From: a virus
Length of the DNA: 64,000 nucleotides
IMG/VR virus record: IMGVR_UViG_3300035671_000001
Location: 18,506 to 82,505 of that record
Strand: one strand, 5' to 3'
Shown piece after piece: positions 37,868 through 48,727 of this stretch. Each line of letters opens with the position of its first letter. Positions within the stretch are counted from its first letter, which is position 1. Made by a program: the position numbers and the translations under genes. Below the pieces are notes generated by a model. It was not told the DNA's origin, did no database searches, and saw only the letters and a program-made list of their open reading frames with translations.

Positions 37868-38297
37868 AGGCGAGGGCTGCTTTCAACATCGACGCAACGG
37901 TGACTTGCTTGTTCAAGTCGTCATGACCGATGGCGACATCATCGGTCGTCTACAGACGCTTCTCGGCTTTGGTACATTGAGACAGTCGCGTCTGCCGTCA
38001 GGTAAGACCGGCTTTCGATGGACCTCCACGCATCAGGCAAACACCGCTGGCTTGCTGATGACGGTGCTTCCTTTGATGGGAGCGCGTCGCGCCGACAAGA
38101 TCAGAGAGTGCCTCAAGGCTTGGGGAGCGAAGCCGCTTCGCAAGGCGATGTGGACGCACTGCAAGAACGGTCACGAGCTTTCTGGTGACAACTTGTGGCT
38201 CATTCATGAAGGCAAGTATGAGAAACGTCGTTGCCGTGAATGCGCGCGGCTGCGTCAGATCAAATACAAACAATCGAAACGACCGGAGACCGCATGA
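37824..38297 (+). CDS. LAGLIDADG-like homing endonuclease with C-terminal Zn motif
   Basis: WIAGLLEGEGCF and VVMTD; THCKNGHE...RRCREC. Confidence 0.72.
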   Translation: MIATEWLYWIAGLLEGEGCFQHRRNGDLLVQVVMTDGDIIGRLQTLLGFGTLRQSRLPSGKTGFRWTSTHQANTAGLLMTVLPLMGARRADKIRECLKAWGAKPLRKAMWTHCKNGHELSGDNLWLIHEGKYEKRRCRECARLRQIKYKQSKRPETA

Positions 38298-38611
38298 TTC
38301 CTGGTGATCCATTCCGAGGCCTGCCGGAGCAGGAGCGGGCGCTGTTTGAAATCTTCAAGCAGGCGTCCGCCGGCAAGAATGTCGATGCCGTGATCGGGGC
38401 GTCGCTCAATCTTCTGATCAATGTGTTGCGGCAGATGGAGCCGACGCGGGCGGAGGCCGAAGCGCGCTTCGACATGCTGTTCGGCCGCGCCAAGTCGCTA
38501 CTGCTCGATCGGCACTACGACAGCGTGACCGGAAAACGCAAGACCGTGTTTCCTTTCACCCAGCAGGTTCGCCTGCCGTTGCACTGGGAAGACGACAAGG
38601 TGCACGGCTAG
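38294..38611 (+). CDS. hypothetical protein
   Basis: GGAG RBS, ATGA overlap. Confidence 0.6.
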   Translation: MIPGDPFRGLPEQERALFEIFKQASAGKNVDAVIGASLNLLINVLRQMEPTRAEAEARFDMLFGRAKSLLLDRHYDSVTGKRKTVFPFTQQVRLPLHWEDDKVHG

Positions 38612-38645
38612 AGACTTTCCTTCTCACGACAAAAGGACAGAAGCC

Positions 38646-39083
38646 ATGGCAATCGCCGGCACGACAGAACAGGCAATCCTCGCTCTCATCTACAACGCGA
38701 CGGCCTGGGCCAATTACGCGGACAATGCCGTCACTTCTCCGCAGGCCAGTATCGCGGTGGCGCTGCATACGGCTGACCCCGGGACCGGCGGCTCGCAGTC
38801 AACCAGCGAGGTCGTCTACACCAGCTATGCCAGGGCCAGCGTCGCTCGCACGACTGGTGGATGGACGATCTCGGGGACGGGTCCGGCGAGCTGCTCGCCG
38901 GTCAGCAACATCACGTTCCCGGCGGGTACCGGCGGCTCCGGCACGGTGACCAACTTCAGCACCGGCAAGACCGGGGGCGGCACCACTCCTATCCTCTGGT
39001 CCGGCACCGTGACGCCGTCGATCGCGGTCGGCAGTGGGGTGACACCGGTTCTCACCAACGCCACGACCATCACGCTGTCATGA
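38646..39083 (+). CDS. small virion fibre/structural protein
   Basis: VALHTADPG...EVVYTSYAR...ITFP motif. Confidence 0.7.
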   Translation: MAIAGTTEQAILALIYNATAWANYADNAVTSPQASIAVALHTADPGTGGSQSTSEVVYTSYARASVARTTGGWTISGTGPASCSPVSNITFPAGTGGSGTVTNFSTGKTGGGTTPILWSGTVTPSIAVGSGVTPVLTNATTITLS

Positions 39084-39511
39084 ACCATGCCGCAGCGTTC
39101 CGGCGCTGCCTCGTCGACCTCGACGTGGTCGGGGTCTGTGAACTGTGGTTTCACGTCGCGCCAGGACTGCCGCAGCCGAGGAACAACGAGGAGGCGCTCG
39201 TCACCCTGCACCACGCGCGCACGCAGGCTCACTCAATACCGCACAGGCTGCGTTGCTACTCGCACGCGTGGCTGCGTGAGCGCGGCCTGCCGTCGGGGCT
39301 GCCCGATGGGCTGAGGGCGAAAGCGGATCGCATGTACCCGCGCCGGGTAGAGGCGGTGGGTATCGCGGTGAAGGCGCTGTCGGGCGACCATGAGCGGGCG
39401 CGCGCGGTCGAGCGGGCGATGTCCGACGCCGTGGCCGAGTGCTACGCGGCCGGCGTCACCGATCCCGTTGTCGTCAAGGCTCGAATGGACGCGGCGCGGC
39501 GCGGCATGTGA
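39080..39511 (+). CDS. hypothetical protein
   Basis: ATGA overlap, 143 aa. Confidence 0.6.
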   Translation: MNHAAAFRRCLVDLDVVGVCELWFHVAPGLPQPRNNEEALVTLHHARTQAHSIPHRLRCYSHAWLRERGLPSGLPDGLRAKADRMYPRRVEAVGIAVKALSGDHERARAVERAMSDAVAECYAAGVTDPVVVKARMDAARRGM

Positions 39512-39517
39512 GCGGAC

Positions 39518-41077
39518 ATGGCAGACTGGTACGTCAGCTCCGCCGCTTATGCCGCCGTCCCGGCTTGGCAGGCGACGCACGCGTACACCGTCGGGCAGTT
39601 CGTCAGGCCAACGGCGGGGGCTATTGGAACGTCGTGGGTGTACCGCTGCACGACGGCTGGGACGTCCAGTGGGACAGAGCCGGTTTGGGGCACGGTAGCT
39701 GGCGCCAACAACGATCCTTTCACCGACGGCACGGCAGGCTTCACCAACGTCACCGGGCAGTCCGCCTACGGCTGGAGCGCGGCGGCTGGCACGCTCTACA
39801 CCTTGACTGGCGGCAACGCGCGAGTACGACTGACCACGCCGACGGAACGAGTCTTCCTCTCCAGCGACCACAGCGAGAGCAGCGTCAGCCCGGGCAGCTC
39901 GTACACCCAAAACAACGGTGGGTTCATCGCTTTCGGTCTTACGCAATTTATCTCGGTGAACCGCGCAGGCTCGGTACCGCCGGTCGCGGCCGACGTCCAG
40001 TCCGGCGCCTCGATCACGGTGACCGGCGCGAGCCTTGTGATAGACGCCTGCACCGAAGTTTTTTGGCAAGGCATAACCTTCACCGTTGCCGGTGGAGCGA
40101 CGAACTACAACCTTTATTTCTGCGGGGGCAGCACCGGGTACAAGCAGCACTACTTCAAGAACTGCGCGCTCGTGATCTCGAACACGAACGTCAACTCGCG
40201 CATGGGGCCGAATGGCACCGCTCCCAAGGTGGTGTTCGACAATACAACCGTTCAGTTCGGCAACGCCAGCCAATCCATCACGGTCGGCTTTTCAATAGAG
40301 TACATTTGGATTAACACGCCGTCCGCGATCCAGGGCGCGACGTTGCCGACCTCGTTGTTCACTACTTCATCAAACACCTTCTTGTTGGTGACTGCTCGTG
40401 GCGTTGACTTCAGTGCACTTACTGGGAGCTTCGTGACCGGCAGCACCGTCAGCGGTGGCACCCCCTACAAAATCCTGCTGGATAGCTGCAGAATCAATTC
40501 GGCGCTCAATCGTGCGGGCACGAACGTCGCGTTGGTCTCTGACGAGATCGAACTGGTGAATTGCTTCGACGGCACCAACGTCCTCAACGAGCGTTACACG
40601 CCAGCGGGTGTCGTCATCACCGACCGCAGCACCACGCTGAGCGGCGGGGCGCAGGACGATGCCGGTGCATACAGCATTAAACTGGTATCGAGCACCCGCT
40701 CCGAGAAGCAGGTCATGCTCCTGGACAGCTTCTGGCTGGACGTCGAGAACGCGCTGGTCGGCTCCGCGCGCACGGCAACGGTGGAGATCATCTCGTCGGC
40801 GTCGCTCAACAACGACGACATCCGGTTGTTCCTGGAATACATGGGGACGGGTGGATCGGCCGTCGCGTCGTTCGCCGACAGCCTCGCGTCGGTGCTGACC
40901 GCGTCGGCGGCGCTGACCACCTCCGCCAACACCTGGAACAACCCGCCGAGCACGCCGGTCAAGCAGCTCCTGCAGATGACGTTCACCCCGCAGGCGGCCG
41001 GGCGGGTGCGCGGGCTGGTGCGACTAGGTAAGGTCTCGGCCACGGTCTGGGTCAACCCGCAGCTCACGATCACCTAG
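39518..41077 (+). CDS. virion fibre protein, paralog 1 (MADWYVSS family)
   Basis: T/S/G-rich; YRCTTAGTS..EP.W motif; shared core of about 500 aa. Confidence 0.75.
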   Translation: MADWYVSSAAYAAVPAWQATHAYTVGQFVRPTAGAIGTSWVYRCTTAGTSSGTEPVWGTVAGANNDPFTDGTAGFTNVTGQSAYGWSAAAGTLYTLTGGNARVRLTTPTERVFLSSDHSESSVSPGSSYTQNNGGFIAFGLTQFISVNRAGSVPPVAADVQSGASITVTGASLVIDACTEVFWQGITFTVAGGATNYNLYFCGGSTGYKQHYFKNCALVISNTNVNSRMGPNGTAPKVVFDNTTVQFGNASQSITVGFSIEYIWINTPSAIQGATLPTSLFTTSSNTFLLVTARGVDFSALTGSFVTGSTVSGGTPYKILLDSCRINSALNRAGTNVALVSDEIELVNCFDGTNVLNERYTPAGVVITDRSTTLSGGAQDDAGAYSIKLVSSTRSEKQVMLLDSFWLDVENALVGSARTATVEIISSASLNNDDIRLFLEYMGTGGSAVASFADSLASVLTASAALTTSANTWNNPPSTPVKQLLQMTFTPQAAGRVRGLVRLGKVSATVWVNPQLTIT

Positions 41078-43945
41078 ATGGCCGACTGGTACGTCTCCAG
41101 CGCCGTCTACGCGACGATCCCGGTCTGGGCTGCGACGACGGCTTATAACGTGGGTCAGTTCGTCAAGCCGACGGTATCCGCTTTTGACACGCAATATGTG
41201 TTCCGCTGCACGGTGGCGGGCACCTCGGGTGCGACAGAACCAACCTGGAGCGGTGCGGCTACCAACAATTCGACCATCGCTTCGGGTGGTGCGACGTTCG
41301 CCAACGTTACTGGGCAGTCGACCTATGGTTGGAGTGCGTCGTCCGGAACTCTCTACACTGTTGCCAATCGTCGTGTGCTTGTTGGCGACCGTGTGTTTGC
41401 GTCGAGTGATCATGCCGAGAGTTCGTCAGCAGCGGTAGCATACGATTTCAATAACGGCACGGTCGCATTTGGCTTGGTTCAAATTGTTTCGGTCAGTCGT
41501 GCCGGATCGGTGCCTCCTACGGCAAGCGACACCCAATCTGGTGCCAGCATCACCAACACAAGTGGTTCCAGTGTGGCTCTGAATGCTTGGTGCAATTTGT
41601 TTTGGCAAGGAATCACAATCACGATTGGTGGCAGCAGTGCGATCAATCTGTTTTTCAACGTTGGAGCTGGTGCGCGGAAGTCGCATTATTTGAAAAACTG
41701 CGCGATAGTTTTTACTACTGCACAGGCTGCTTCAAGAATAAGTACCAACAACGTGGCGAAGGTTACGCTCGACAACACGACGGTCAAGTTTGCCAACGTC
41801 GCGCAGGCCATTGATGGTCAGGCGCCGTTCGACTTCAACTGGATCAACACGCCGTCCGCCATCCAGGGCGCCACAATCCCGACGACGCTGTTCAAGTGCG
41901 GGACCAACGCGCCGCCATTGTCCATGATCTGTCGCGGCGTCGACCTCAGCGCCATCACCGGGACGCTGTGCAGCGGCACTACCGGCTCGAACGGCGGCAG
42001 CATGAAAGCGCTGTTCGATAGCTGCAAGATCGCTCCCGGCGTCACGCGATTGGCCGCGCCCGCGACCATCACCAACGCGGGCGATGAAGTCGAGCTGATG
42101 AACTGCTTCGATGGGACCAACATTATCAACGAACGCTACGCCTACGGCGGCTCGGTAGTCATCGACCGCAGCACGACGCTGAGCGGTGGCGCTCAGGACG
42201 ATGTGGGAGCCTATAGCCTCAAGCTGGCGTCGAGCACGCGCGCCGATTTCCAGACCATGCCGCTAGATGCGTTCTGGCTCGACGTCGAGAATATCGCGAT
42301 CGGCGTGGCGAAGACGGCAACGGTGGAGATCATCGGCTCGGCCTCGCTCAACAACACCGACATTCGGCTACAGCTTGAATACACGGGAACTTCTATCCAG
42401 AGTTGGAATCCTGCCGATAAAAATGACGTCACGTTTAGCAACGGGAATTTAACTGCTACTGGAGTTACATCCTCACAAGGAGGAGTGCGAGCTTATCCTT
42501 ATTTCAGCTCTGGTAAGTATTACTGGGAGTGCAAGGTTGACGTGATTAGTTCGAACAATTGGGGTGTGGGTGTGGCTATTGCATCTTGCGATTTGGATGC
42601 GGTGGGAAACACTCCAAACAATGCTGCGGTGATTTTTAAGAGCGGCAATATCTATGTCAACAACGTCTATACGGGTACTTCACTTGGGGCACGCGCAGCC
42701 AACGATATTTTCAGTGTTGCGGTAGATGCAACCGCTCGATTGATTTGGTTCCGGGTTGCGCCATCAGGAAACTGGAACGCTAGTGGTACGGCCGATCCGG
42801 CAACTGGAGTAGGTGGCATCAGCATTAGCGCCCTGAGTGGTGCTCTTTTTCCAGTGTTTAGTTCAATTGGCGCAGACCAAACGACGATCAATCTTGGTGC
42901 TACTACTTTCAGTGGAAGCATTCCTTCCGGCTTCGTGACAACTGCGCTTTTGATTAACTATGGCTCATTCATCGAAAGCCTGGCTTCGGTGTTGACGCCG
43001 GCGGCGGCGTTGCCGACATCGCTCGTCACTTGGCTCAACCCGCCGAGCACGCCGGTCAAACAACAGTTGCAAGCCACGTTCACGCCGCGCACAGTCGGTC
43101 GCGTGCGCGGCCTCGTTCGACTCGGGAAGACTTCGGCCACGGCCTGGGTCAACCCGCAGATCGCCATCACCATTCCTCCGCTTTCCGCAGAAGCCTCGCA
43201 ATTCTTGGCGCGGACGTCTTCGCTTGATGCGACGCACACCAATGCTTACACGGCTTTGATCGATGGGCTAGTGACTGACGGCATTTGGTCGAAGCTGGAC
43301 GTGCTTCATGTCTACGCGACGCAGAACAGCACTACGGCGCTGCTGAATTTGAAATCGAATAGTTACACCGGCACAGCCAATGGCTCACCGGCATTCGTGG
43401 CGGATCGTGGCTTTACCGGCGTCGATGCCAGTGCGACGGTTTACATCGATACCGGGTTTAATCCGGCAACTGCCGGCGGCAATTATTCGCAGGATTCCGC
43501 GCATATCTCGGCATGGAGTAATACCACTCCAGCAAATTCTGGCCCTTCGGGCGGCGTCGTCATTGGTTCTGAAATTTCGGCATCTCATACTGCTGTTTAC
43601 TCGCGATATAACGACGGGTTTAGTTATTTCGGTGTCAACGCAAGCGCCACCAACTTTACTTCTACTGGTACTCCATCCAATGGTCATTTCCTTGCCAACC
43701 GTTCGTCTAGTAGCGCCCTTCAAGGTTACAAGAATGGGACTTCTGTTTTAACGTGGACTAATACGTCGGTCGCTCCGGCATCGCAAAATATTTATGCATT
43801 AGCAAACCATGGTCCTTCTGGTGCTAATCTTGGTACCGCGTTTCAGCTACCCGCGATAAGTATTGGCTCATCGTTGAGTTCGACTGATGTCACCAACTTC
43901 TACAATCGCCTGCGAACCTACATGACTGCCGTTGGGGTGCCCTGA
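41078..43945 (+). CDS. virion fibre protein, paralog 2, with SPRY-like insertion and lectin-like C-terminal module
   Basis: Same core; SNGNLTA...SGKYYWE insertion; additional C-terminal domain. Confidence 0.75.
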   Translation: MADWYVSSAVYATIPVWAATTAYNVGQFVKPTVSAFDTQYVFRCTVAGTSGATEPTWSGAATNNSTIASGGATFANVTGQSTYGWSASSGTLYTVANRRVLVGDRVFASSDHAESSSAAVAYDFNNGTVAFGLVQIVSVSRAGSVPPTASDTQSGASITNTSGSSVALNAWCNLFWQGITITIGGSSAINLFFNVGAGARKSHYLKNCAIVFTTAQAASRISTNNVAKVTLDNTTVKFANVAQAIDGQAPFDFNWINTPSAIQGATIPTTLFKCGTNAPPLSMICRGVDLSAITGTLCSGTTGSNGGSMKALFDSCKIAPGVTRLAAPATITNAGDEVELMNCFDGTNIINERYAYGGSVVIDRSTTLSGGAQDDVGAYSLKLASSTRADFQTMPLDAFWLDVENIAIGVAKTATVEIIGSASLNNTDIRLQLEYTGTSIQSWNPADKNDVTFSNGNLTATGVTSSQGGVRAYPYFSSGKYYWECKVDVISSNNWGVGVAIASCDLDAVGNTPNNAAVIFKSGNIYVNNVYTGTSLGARAANDIFSVAVDATARLIWFRVAPSGNWNASGTADPATGVGGISISALSGALFPVFSSIGADQTTINLGATTFSGSIPSGFVTTALLINYGSFIESLASVLTPAAALPTSLVTWLNPPSTPVKQQLQATFTPRTVGRVRGLVRLGKTSATAWVNPQIAITIPPLSAEASQFLARTSSLDATHTNAYTALIDGLVTDGIWSKLDVLHVYATQNSTTALLNLKSNSYTGTANGSPAFVADRGFTGVDASATVYIDTGFNPATAGGNYSQDSAHISAWSNTTPANSGPSGGVVIGSEISASHTAVYSRYNDGFSYFGVNASATNFTSTGTPSNGHFLANRSSSSALQGYKNGTSVLTWTNTSVAPASQNIYALANHGPSGANLGTAFQLPAISIGSSLSSTDVTNFYNRLRTYMTAVGVP

Positions 43946-46311
43946 TGGCTGACTGGTACGTCTCGTCCGTCGCCTACGCCGCCCTCCCGGCCTGGGCGGC
44001 GACGACGGCGTACACGGTCGGGCAGATCATCCGGCCGACTACAGCCGCGATCGGTACGCACCATGTACTTCGGTGCACTACAGCAGGAACGAGCGCAGCG
44101 TCTGAGCCGACATGGGCGGTTGGAAATAATGCGACGACCACATCCAACACTGCTGTTTTTACCAATGTTGGTGGTCAATCCGCCTATGGCTGGGGCGCCG
44201 CCTCTGGCTCTTTGTTGACCATTGGCCGGAGCCGTGTCGTAGTTGGTGATCGGGTGTTTCTGTCGAGCGATCACAGCGAAAGTGGCAACGCAAGTTGGGA
44301 CTTCAACAATCTCACGAGTGCCTTTGGATTGATCCAGCTTATCTCAGTCAACCGGGCTGGTTCGGTGCCGCCGGTCGCTGCCGATATTTTGAATGGGGCC
44401 AGCATTACCAATGCCGCGGGCGCTAACTTCCAAGTAGATGCTCATTGCAATTTGCTCTGGCAGGGAATTACATTCACCAGTGTAAATGGTTTTGCCTTCA
44501 ATACAAGCGCAACCAAGTCATACTATTTCAAAAACTGTGCTTTCGTGTTAAGCGCCGTTTCAAACGCTACTTTCAGAACTGCTGCGCCCTGTAAGATCAT
44601 TCTTGATAACACGACGATACAGTTTGGTCATATTGGTCAGGTTATTACTGCTGGTACCTTCGGCCAAGGTGAACTTTCTTGGATCAACACGCCAAACGCC
44701 ATTATTGGAGCTACGCTGCCAACCTTCTTATTTAGTAACGGTGGTACATCTCTGACGGTTACCTGTCGCGGTGTCGACCTCAGCGCCATCGTCGGGACGT
44801 TGCTAAAAACCGCGTCTGCCGGCGTGATTACAAAGGTGTTGCTCGACAGCTGCAAGATCGCTCCCGGCGTGACGCGCTACGCCTTGACCTCGACCACGGG
44901 CGATCCTGCCTACGACGAGATCGAGCTGGTGAATTGTTTCGATGGAACGAACATCATCAACGAGCGGCACACTGCGGCCGGCGACGTCATCACCGACGCC
45001 ACTACCACGCTGAGCGGAGGGACGCGGGACAACGTCGGCGGCTACAGCCACAAGCTCGTTTCCAGCGCGCGCTCCGACGTCTGCACCATGCCGCTCGACG
45101 GCTTTTGGCTCGATGTCGGGAACACCGGGGTAGGTGTGGCGAAGACCGCGACGGTGGAGATCGTCTCGTCCGCCGTGCTCAACAACAACGACATCAAGCT
45201 CCAACTCGAATACATGGGCATATCTGGTTCGGCGCTGGCGTCGTTTGGCGAGAGCTTGGCATCGATGTTAACCGCTGCAGCAGCGTTGCCGTCGTCGTCG
45301 GCGAGTTGGAATAATCCGCCCAGCACGCCGCAAAAGCAGTTCTTGCAGGTGTCGTTCACTCCGCAGACTGCTGGTCGCGTCAAAGGTCTGGTGCGGTTGG
45401 GCAAACCCTCGACGACGGTGTGGGTCAATCCGCAAGTTGCTGTCGCTGCGGTGCCACAGCCAACGTCGCTGACGGCCGCGTTGTTTGACGACAGTGGCAG
45501 CGACGCGTTCTATGCGCCCGCAATGCTTCAGGGAGTCCTGTTGCCCGCGCTGCTCGGTGACAGCGACACGTTCTATGCTGCCGCTGTTCCCTTACTGGCT
45601 TGGACTCCGGCCTCGCTCGCGACCCTGAAGGGTTGGTACAAGGCCGACGCGCTTTCGGGGGTGGACGCTTCCAACGTGACCTCATGGCCGGATTCGTCGG
45701 GGCTCGGCAACAACGCGGCTGGGGTTGGACCTACTATTTATCCACTGCTGCAAACGGCCGAACAGAATTCTCTCAACGTCGTTGAATTTGATTTCACCAC
45801 GGGCCAGTGTTTCAATTTACCTAATTTGTTGGCAGGCGCGACTGCCGCCGCCGCCATATTTGTATTGAAAACAATTGCAACTGGGCATGGCTGTCCGTTG
45901 AAGATTGGTACTGACACTCAGGAAAGCCACTATCCGTATTCAGACAACAACATCTACGACGACTTTGCCAGCAACGCTCGAAAAAGCGTGGGCAATCCTG
46001 GCACATTAACCTCATGGCATATTGCCAGCTTCCATTCGACCAATGGTAGCTGGAAGTATTACAGAAACGGCGTTTTATTCTTTTCGACAGCATCCAACAC
46101 GTTTGCTGTGCGAACCACTTCGCCTGCGCCTCTAATAGGGAGCAGTTTCTCTGCTACTTTCCTGTACAGCGGAATGATCGGCGAGGGCATCATTGTCAAC
46201 GAGTTCTTGAGCGACGCCGACCGGCAGAAGGCCGAAGGCTATGCTGCCTGGAAGTGGGGTCTAGTTGCTAGCCTTGATGTCTCACATCCATACAAGTCGG
46301 CAGCACCGTGA
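43945..46311 (+). CDS. virion fibre protein, paralog 3, with LamG-like C-terminal module
   Basis: Same core; WTPASL..LKGWYKAD...WPDSSG...EGYAAWKWG. Confidence 0.75.
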   Translation: MADWYVSSVAYAALPAWAATTAYTVGQIIRPTTAAIGTHHVLRCTTAGTSAASEPTWAVGNNATTTSNTAVFTNVGGQSAYGWGAASGSLLTIGRSRVVVGDRVFLSSDHSESGNASWDFNNLTSAFGLIQLISVNRAGSVPPVAADILNGASITNAAGANFQVDAHCNLLWQGITFTSVNGFAFNTSATKSYYFKNCAFVLSAVSNATFRTAAPCKIILDNTTIQFGHIGQVITAGTFGQGELSWINTPNAIIGATLPTFLFSNGGTSLTVTCRGVDLSAIVGTLLKTASAGVITKVLLDSCKIAPGVTRYALTSTTGDPAYDEIELVNCFDGTNIINERHTAAGDVITDATTTLSGGTRDNVGGYSHKLVSSARSDVCTMPLDGFWLDVGNTGVGVAKTATVEIVSSAVLNNNDIKLQLEYMGISGSALASFGESLASMLTAAAALPSSSASWNNPPSTPQKQFLQVSFTPQTAGRVKGLVRLGKPSTTVWVNPQVAVAAVPQPTSLTAALFDDSGSDAFYAPAMLQGVLLPALLGDSDTFYAAAVPLLAWTPASLATLKGWYKADALSGVDASNVTSWPDSSGLGNNAAGVGPTIYPLLQTAEQNSLNVVEFDFTTGQCFNLPNLLAGATAAAAIFVLKTIATGHGCPLKIGTDTQESHYPYSDNNIYDDFASNARKSVGNPGTLTSWHIASFHSTNGSWKYYRNGVLFFSTASNTFAVRTTSPAPLIGSSFSATFLYSGMIGEGIIVNEFLSDADRQKAEGYAAWKWGLVASLDVSHPYKSAAP

Positions 46312-48035
46312 TGGCAAAGACCACACCGATCAGCGCATCGCGTGCCGGTCTCGGCTCGGTCATCGTTGTCGATTCCACCGGGATCGTTAAGACGGAGGTG
46401 CTGAGCGCGTCGCGGGCGGGTGCGGGCGGGTCGGTCTTCAGCGTCGACGATGGCACCGGCAAGACCTACCAGCAGGCGGCGGTGGGCGTCGCCAGCGCCT
46501 CGAACGACCTAAGCCTGAACAAGAACTGGTTCATCGCGAACGTCGGCGTCGAGAGCGCCGGCTCGGGCGCCGTGTCTGTTGCCATACCCGCGCTATTGCC
46601 GGCGTTGGTGACCGACGCCGACGCGTTTTACGCGCCCACTATCGCAAACCTCACTCAGGTGTTGCAGCCCGCGCTGGTCGCTGCTGACGATGCGTTCTTT
46701 GCACCCGCTATCGGGATTGTCGGGCTCGCGATTGGGGCGGCGGCGGGGACGGGAGCTGCTTCTGCGGTTGGCGGGACAATCGGCTCTGCGGCCGGAGCCG
46801 GAGCTGCGGCTGCCATCGGCGCAAAAACCTTGTCGGCGGTCGGCGCTGCGGCTGGCATTGGGGCTGCCGCCGCTGCCGGGGCTATCGGCCTCGTCGGCAG
46901 CGCCAACGGCTTCGGAATTGCCGTCTCCCAGAGCGGGAGCACCGGCCGGGCGATTGGCACCGGAGCTGCCGCTGCCGTAGGCGCGAGCGGCGCCGTTGGT
47001 AGCGCCGTCGGCACCGGAGCCGCCTCTGCCATCGGCCGCATCAGTAACCTGTCGGTCGGCCGTGCTACCGGCCTCGGCACTGCCTCCGGGCAAGCCTCCA
47101 ACAAGGGCAAGCCGAAGCAGGCCAAGGGCCGTGCAGACGGGGTTGGGGCGGCCCGTGGCACTGGCGTTCGGGGATCGGCGGGGTTCGCCAGCTCTACGGG
47201 ATCTGGCGACGCCAGCGGGGCCGCTCAGCCGCTCATCACGGCTTACGTAGTGGGCCACGCCTCAGGGATTGGACAGGCTCAGGCGGCCACCGGCGTCGGC
47301 TCTGCCGGCCACGCCAGCGGGTTCGGTGATGCGTTCGCCAGTTACGCCTTTGAGGCGGAAGCGGACGGCCATGCCATCGGTGGTGGTGATGCCGAAGCCA
47401 TCTGCGCCGCGACGGTGGTGGGGCAGGCGGATGGCATCGGCACCGCTTCTGCAAGCAGCGCAAGCTCGACAATCATGGTCGGGACTGCGGCTGGAGCCGG
47501 CAACGCCATCGGCGGCGCGGCGGGAGCAGTCAGAGCACAGGCTGCGGGTATAGGCGCGGCGGCGGCAGTCGGCACGGCTAGTTTCGCCGGGACCGGCAAT
47601 GCTGTCGGCACTGGAGTCGCTGCTTCGACTGCAGGTTCTCTGGGGCAGGCCCCGAGCACCGGCGAGGCGATCGGCGTCAGCCCGCCCCTCGGCATTGTGC
47701 CGGCTCTGCTGGTCGACGCGGACGCTGTCCCGATAGCGAACGTCGGATGGAATCTAGTTCCCGACGTTGTCGTTGACGTCGATGTGGCTTTCGGCGGTGG
47801 GGTCCTAGCGACGGCCTACCTGTTGCCGGAAGACCTCGTGGAAGAGGACGTTATCGACACTTACCCGTTCTTCATCCACGGCGTTACCGGTGGCATTCCG
47901 GTTCCACCGTCACCCGATACTATGACTGGATCGATCAAGGATACGACATTGACCGGCAGCTTCAGCCAGTCGCCGACATTGACGGGCAGTATAACAGGTA
48001 CCGCAAGGCGCCAGTCGCGAAAGAAGGCCGCATGA
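46308..48035 (+). CDS. Gly/Ala-rich virion protein
   Basis: GxAxGxGxA repeats. Confidence 0.7.
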   Translation: MMAKTTPISASRAGLGSVIVVDSTGIVKTEVLSASRAGAGGSVFSVDDGTGKTYQQAAVGVASASNDLSLNKNWFIANVGVESAGSGAVSVAIPALLPALVTDADAFYAPTIANLTQVLQPALVAADDAFFAPAIGIVGLAIGAAAGTGAASAVGGTIGSAAGAGAAAAIGAKTLSAVGAAAGIGAAAAAGAIGLVGSANGFGIAVSQSGSTGRAIGTGAAAAVGASGAVGSAVGTGAASAIGRISNLSVGRATGLGTASGQASNKGKPKQAKGRADGVGAARGTGVRGSAGFASSTGSGDASGAAQPLITAYVVGHASGIGQAQAATGVGSAGHASGFGDAFASYAFEAEADGHAIGGGDAEAICAATVVGQADGIGTASASSASSTIMVGTAAGAGNAIGGAAGAVRAQAAGIGAAAAVGTASFAGTGNAVGTGVAASTAGSLGQAPSTGEAIGVSPPLGIVPALLVDADAVPIANVGWNLVPDVVVDVDVAFGGGVLATAYLLPEDLVEEDVIDTYPFFIHGVTGGIPVPPSPDTMTGSIKDTTLTGSFSQSPTLTGSITGTARRQSRKKAA

Positions 48036-48727
48036 CCGACATCGCCCAAAACTTCGCGCTCTACGTCGACAACGACATGGACGTGCTGTTCGATATCGGT
48101 CCGGATGACACCGGCACGAACCTCGCTTTCGCCGACCTGACGTGGAAGGCTTACAGCCAGATTCTCGGGGTGCCGGACATGTCGGCGGCGCTGATCTCGA
48201 AGGCGACCAACGCGGGCATCATAATCACCGACCCGCTGCTGATGAAGTTCACGGTCACGATCTTCAGCGCTGACACCGACGGCCTCGCTGGCAATTACTA
48301 CCACGAGGTCATCATCGTTGCGAACCACAAGACGACGACGGTGGCCACCGGCCTGATGACGGTGATCGACCCCGCTGAGGTACCGAACGTGGCTGCGTTC
48401 AAGGCCATGTTCCCGGAGTTCGAGGACGTGCCCGACACCACGGTGCAGATCGCGCTCGATCAGGCCGGGCAATTCGTGGACGAGAGCTGGGGCGGCTCGC
48501 AGACGGCCGGGCAGATGTACCTCGCGGCACACTTCATGGCGACGGCGCACGCGACTGGCGACACCGACGGGCGAGTAGTCAGCTCGGAGACCATTGGCCG
48601 GATGTCGATCAGCTACGCGACTGGCGTTAGCGTCGGCACCGCCGAGGGCGCGATGGGGATGACGAGGTACGGGCTCGTGTTCAACAACATGCTCTCGGCG
48701 CAGGGCTTCGGCATAGCGGTGGTGTGA
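48032..48727 (+). CDS. head-tail adaptor (DUF4054-like) with N-terminal extension
   Basis: FKAMFPEF...YLAAH...SETIGRMSISY...TRYG. Confidence 0.75.
   Translation: MTDIAQNFALYVDNDMDVLFDIGPDDTGTNLAFADLTWKAYSQILGVPDMSAALISKATNAGIIITDPLLMKFTVTIFSADTDGLAGNYYHEVIIVANHKTTTVATGLMTVIDPAEVPNVAAFKAMFPEFEDVPDTTVQIALDQAGQFVDESWGGSQTAGQMYLAAHFMATAHATGDTDGRVVSSETIGRMSISYATGVSVGTAEGAMGMTRYGLVFNNMLSAQGFGIAVV

Noticed and set aside
39518-46311. Diversity-generating retroelement acting on the fibre genes
   Set aside because: There is no reverse transcriptase in the window and no template/variable repeat pair differing only at adenines was seen
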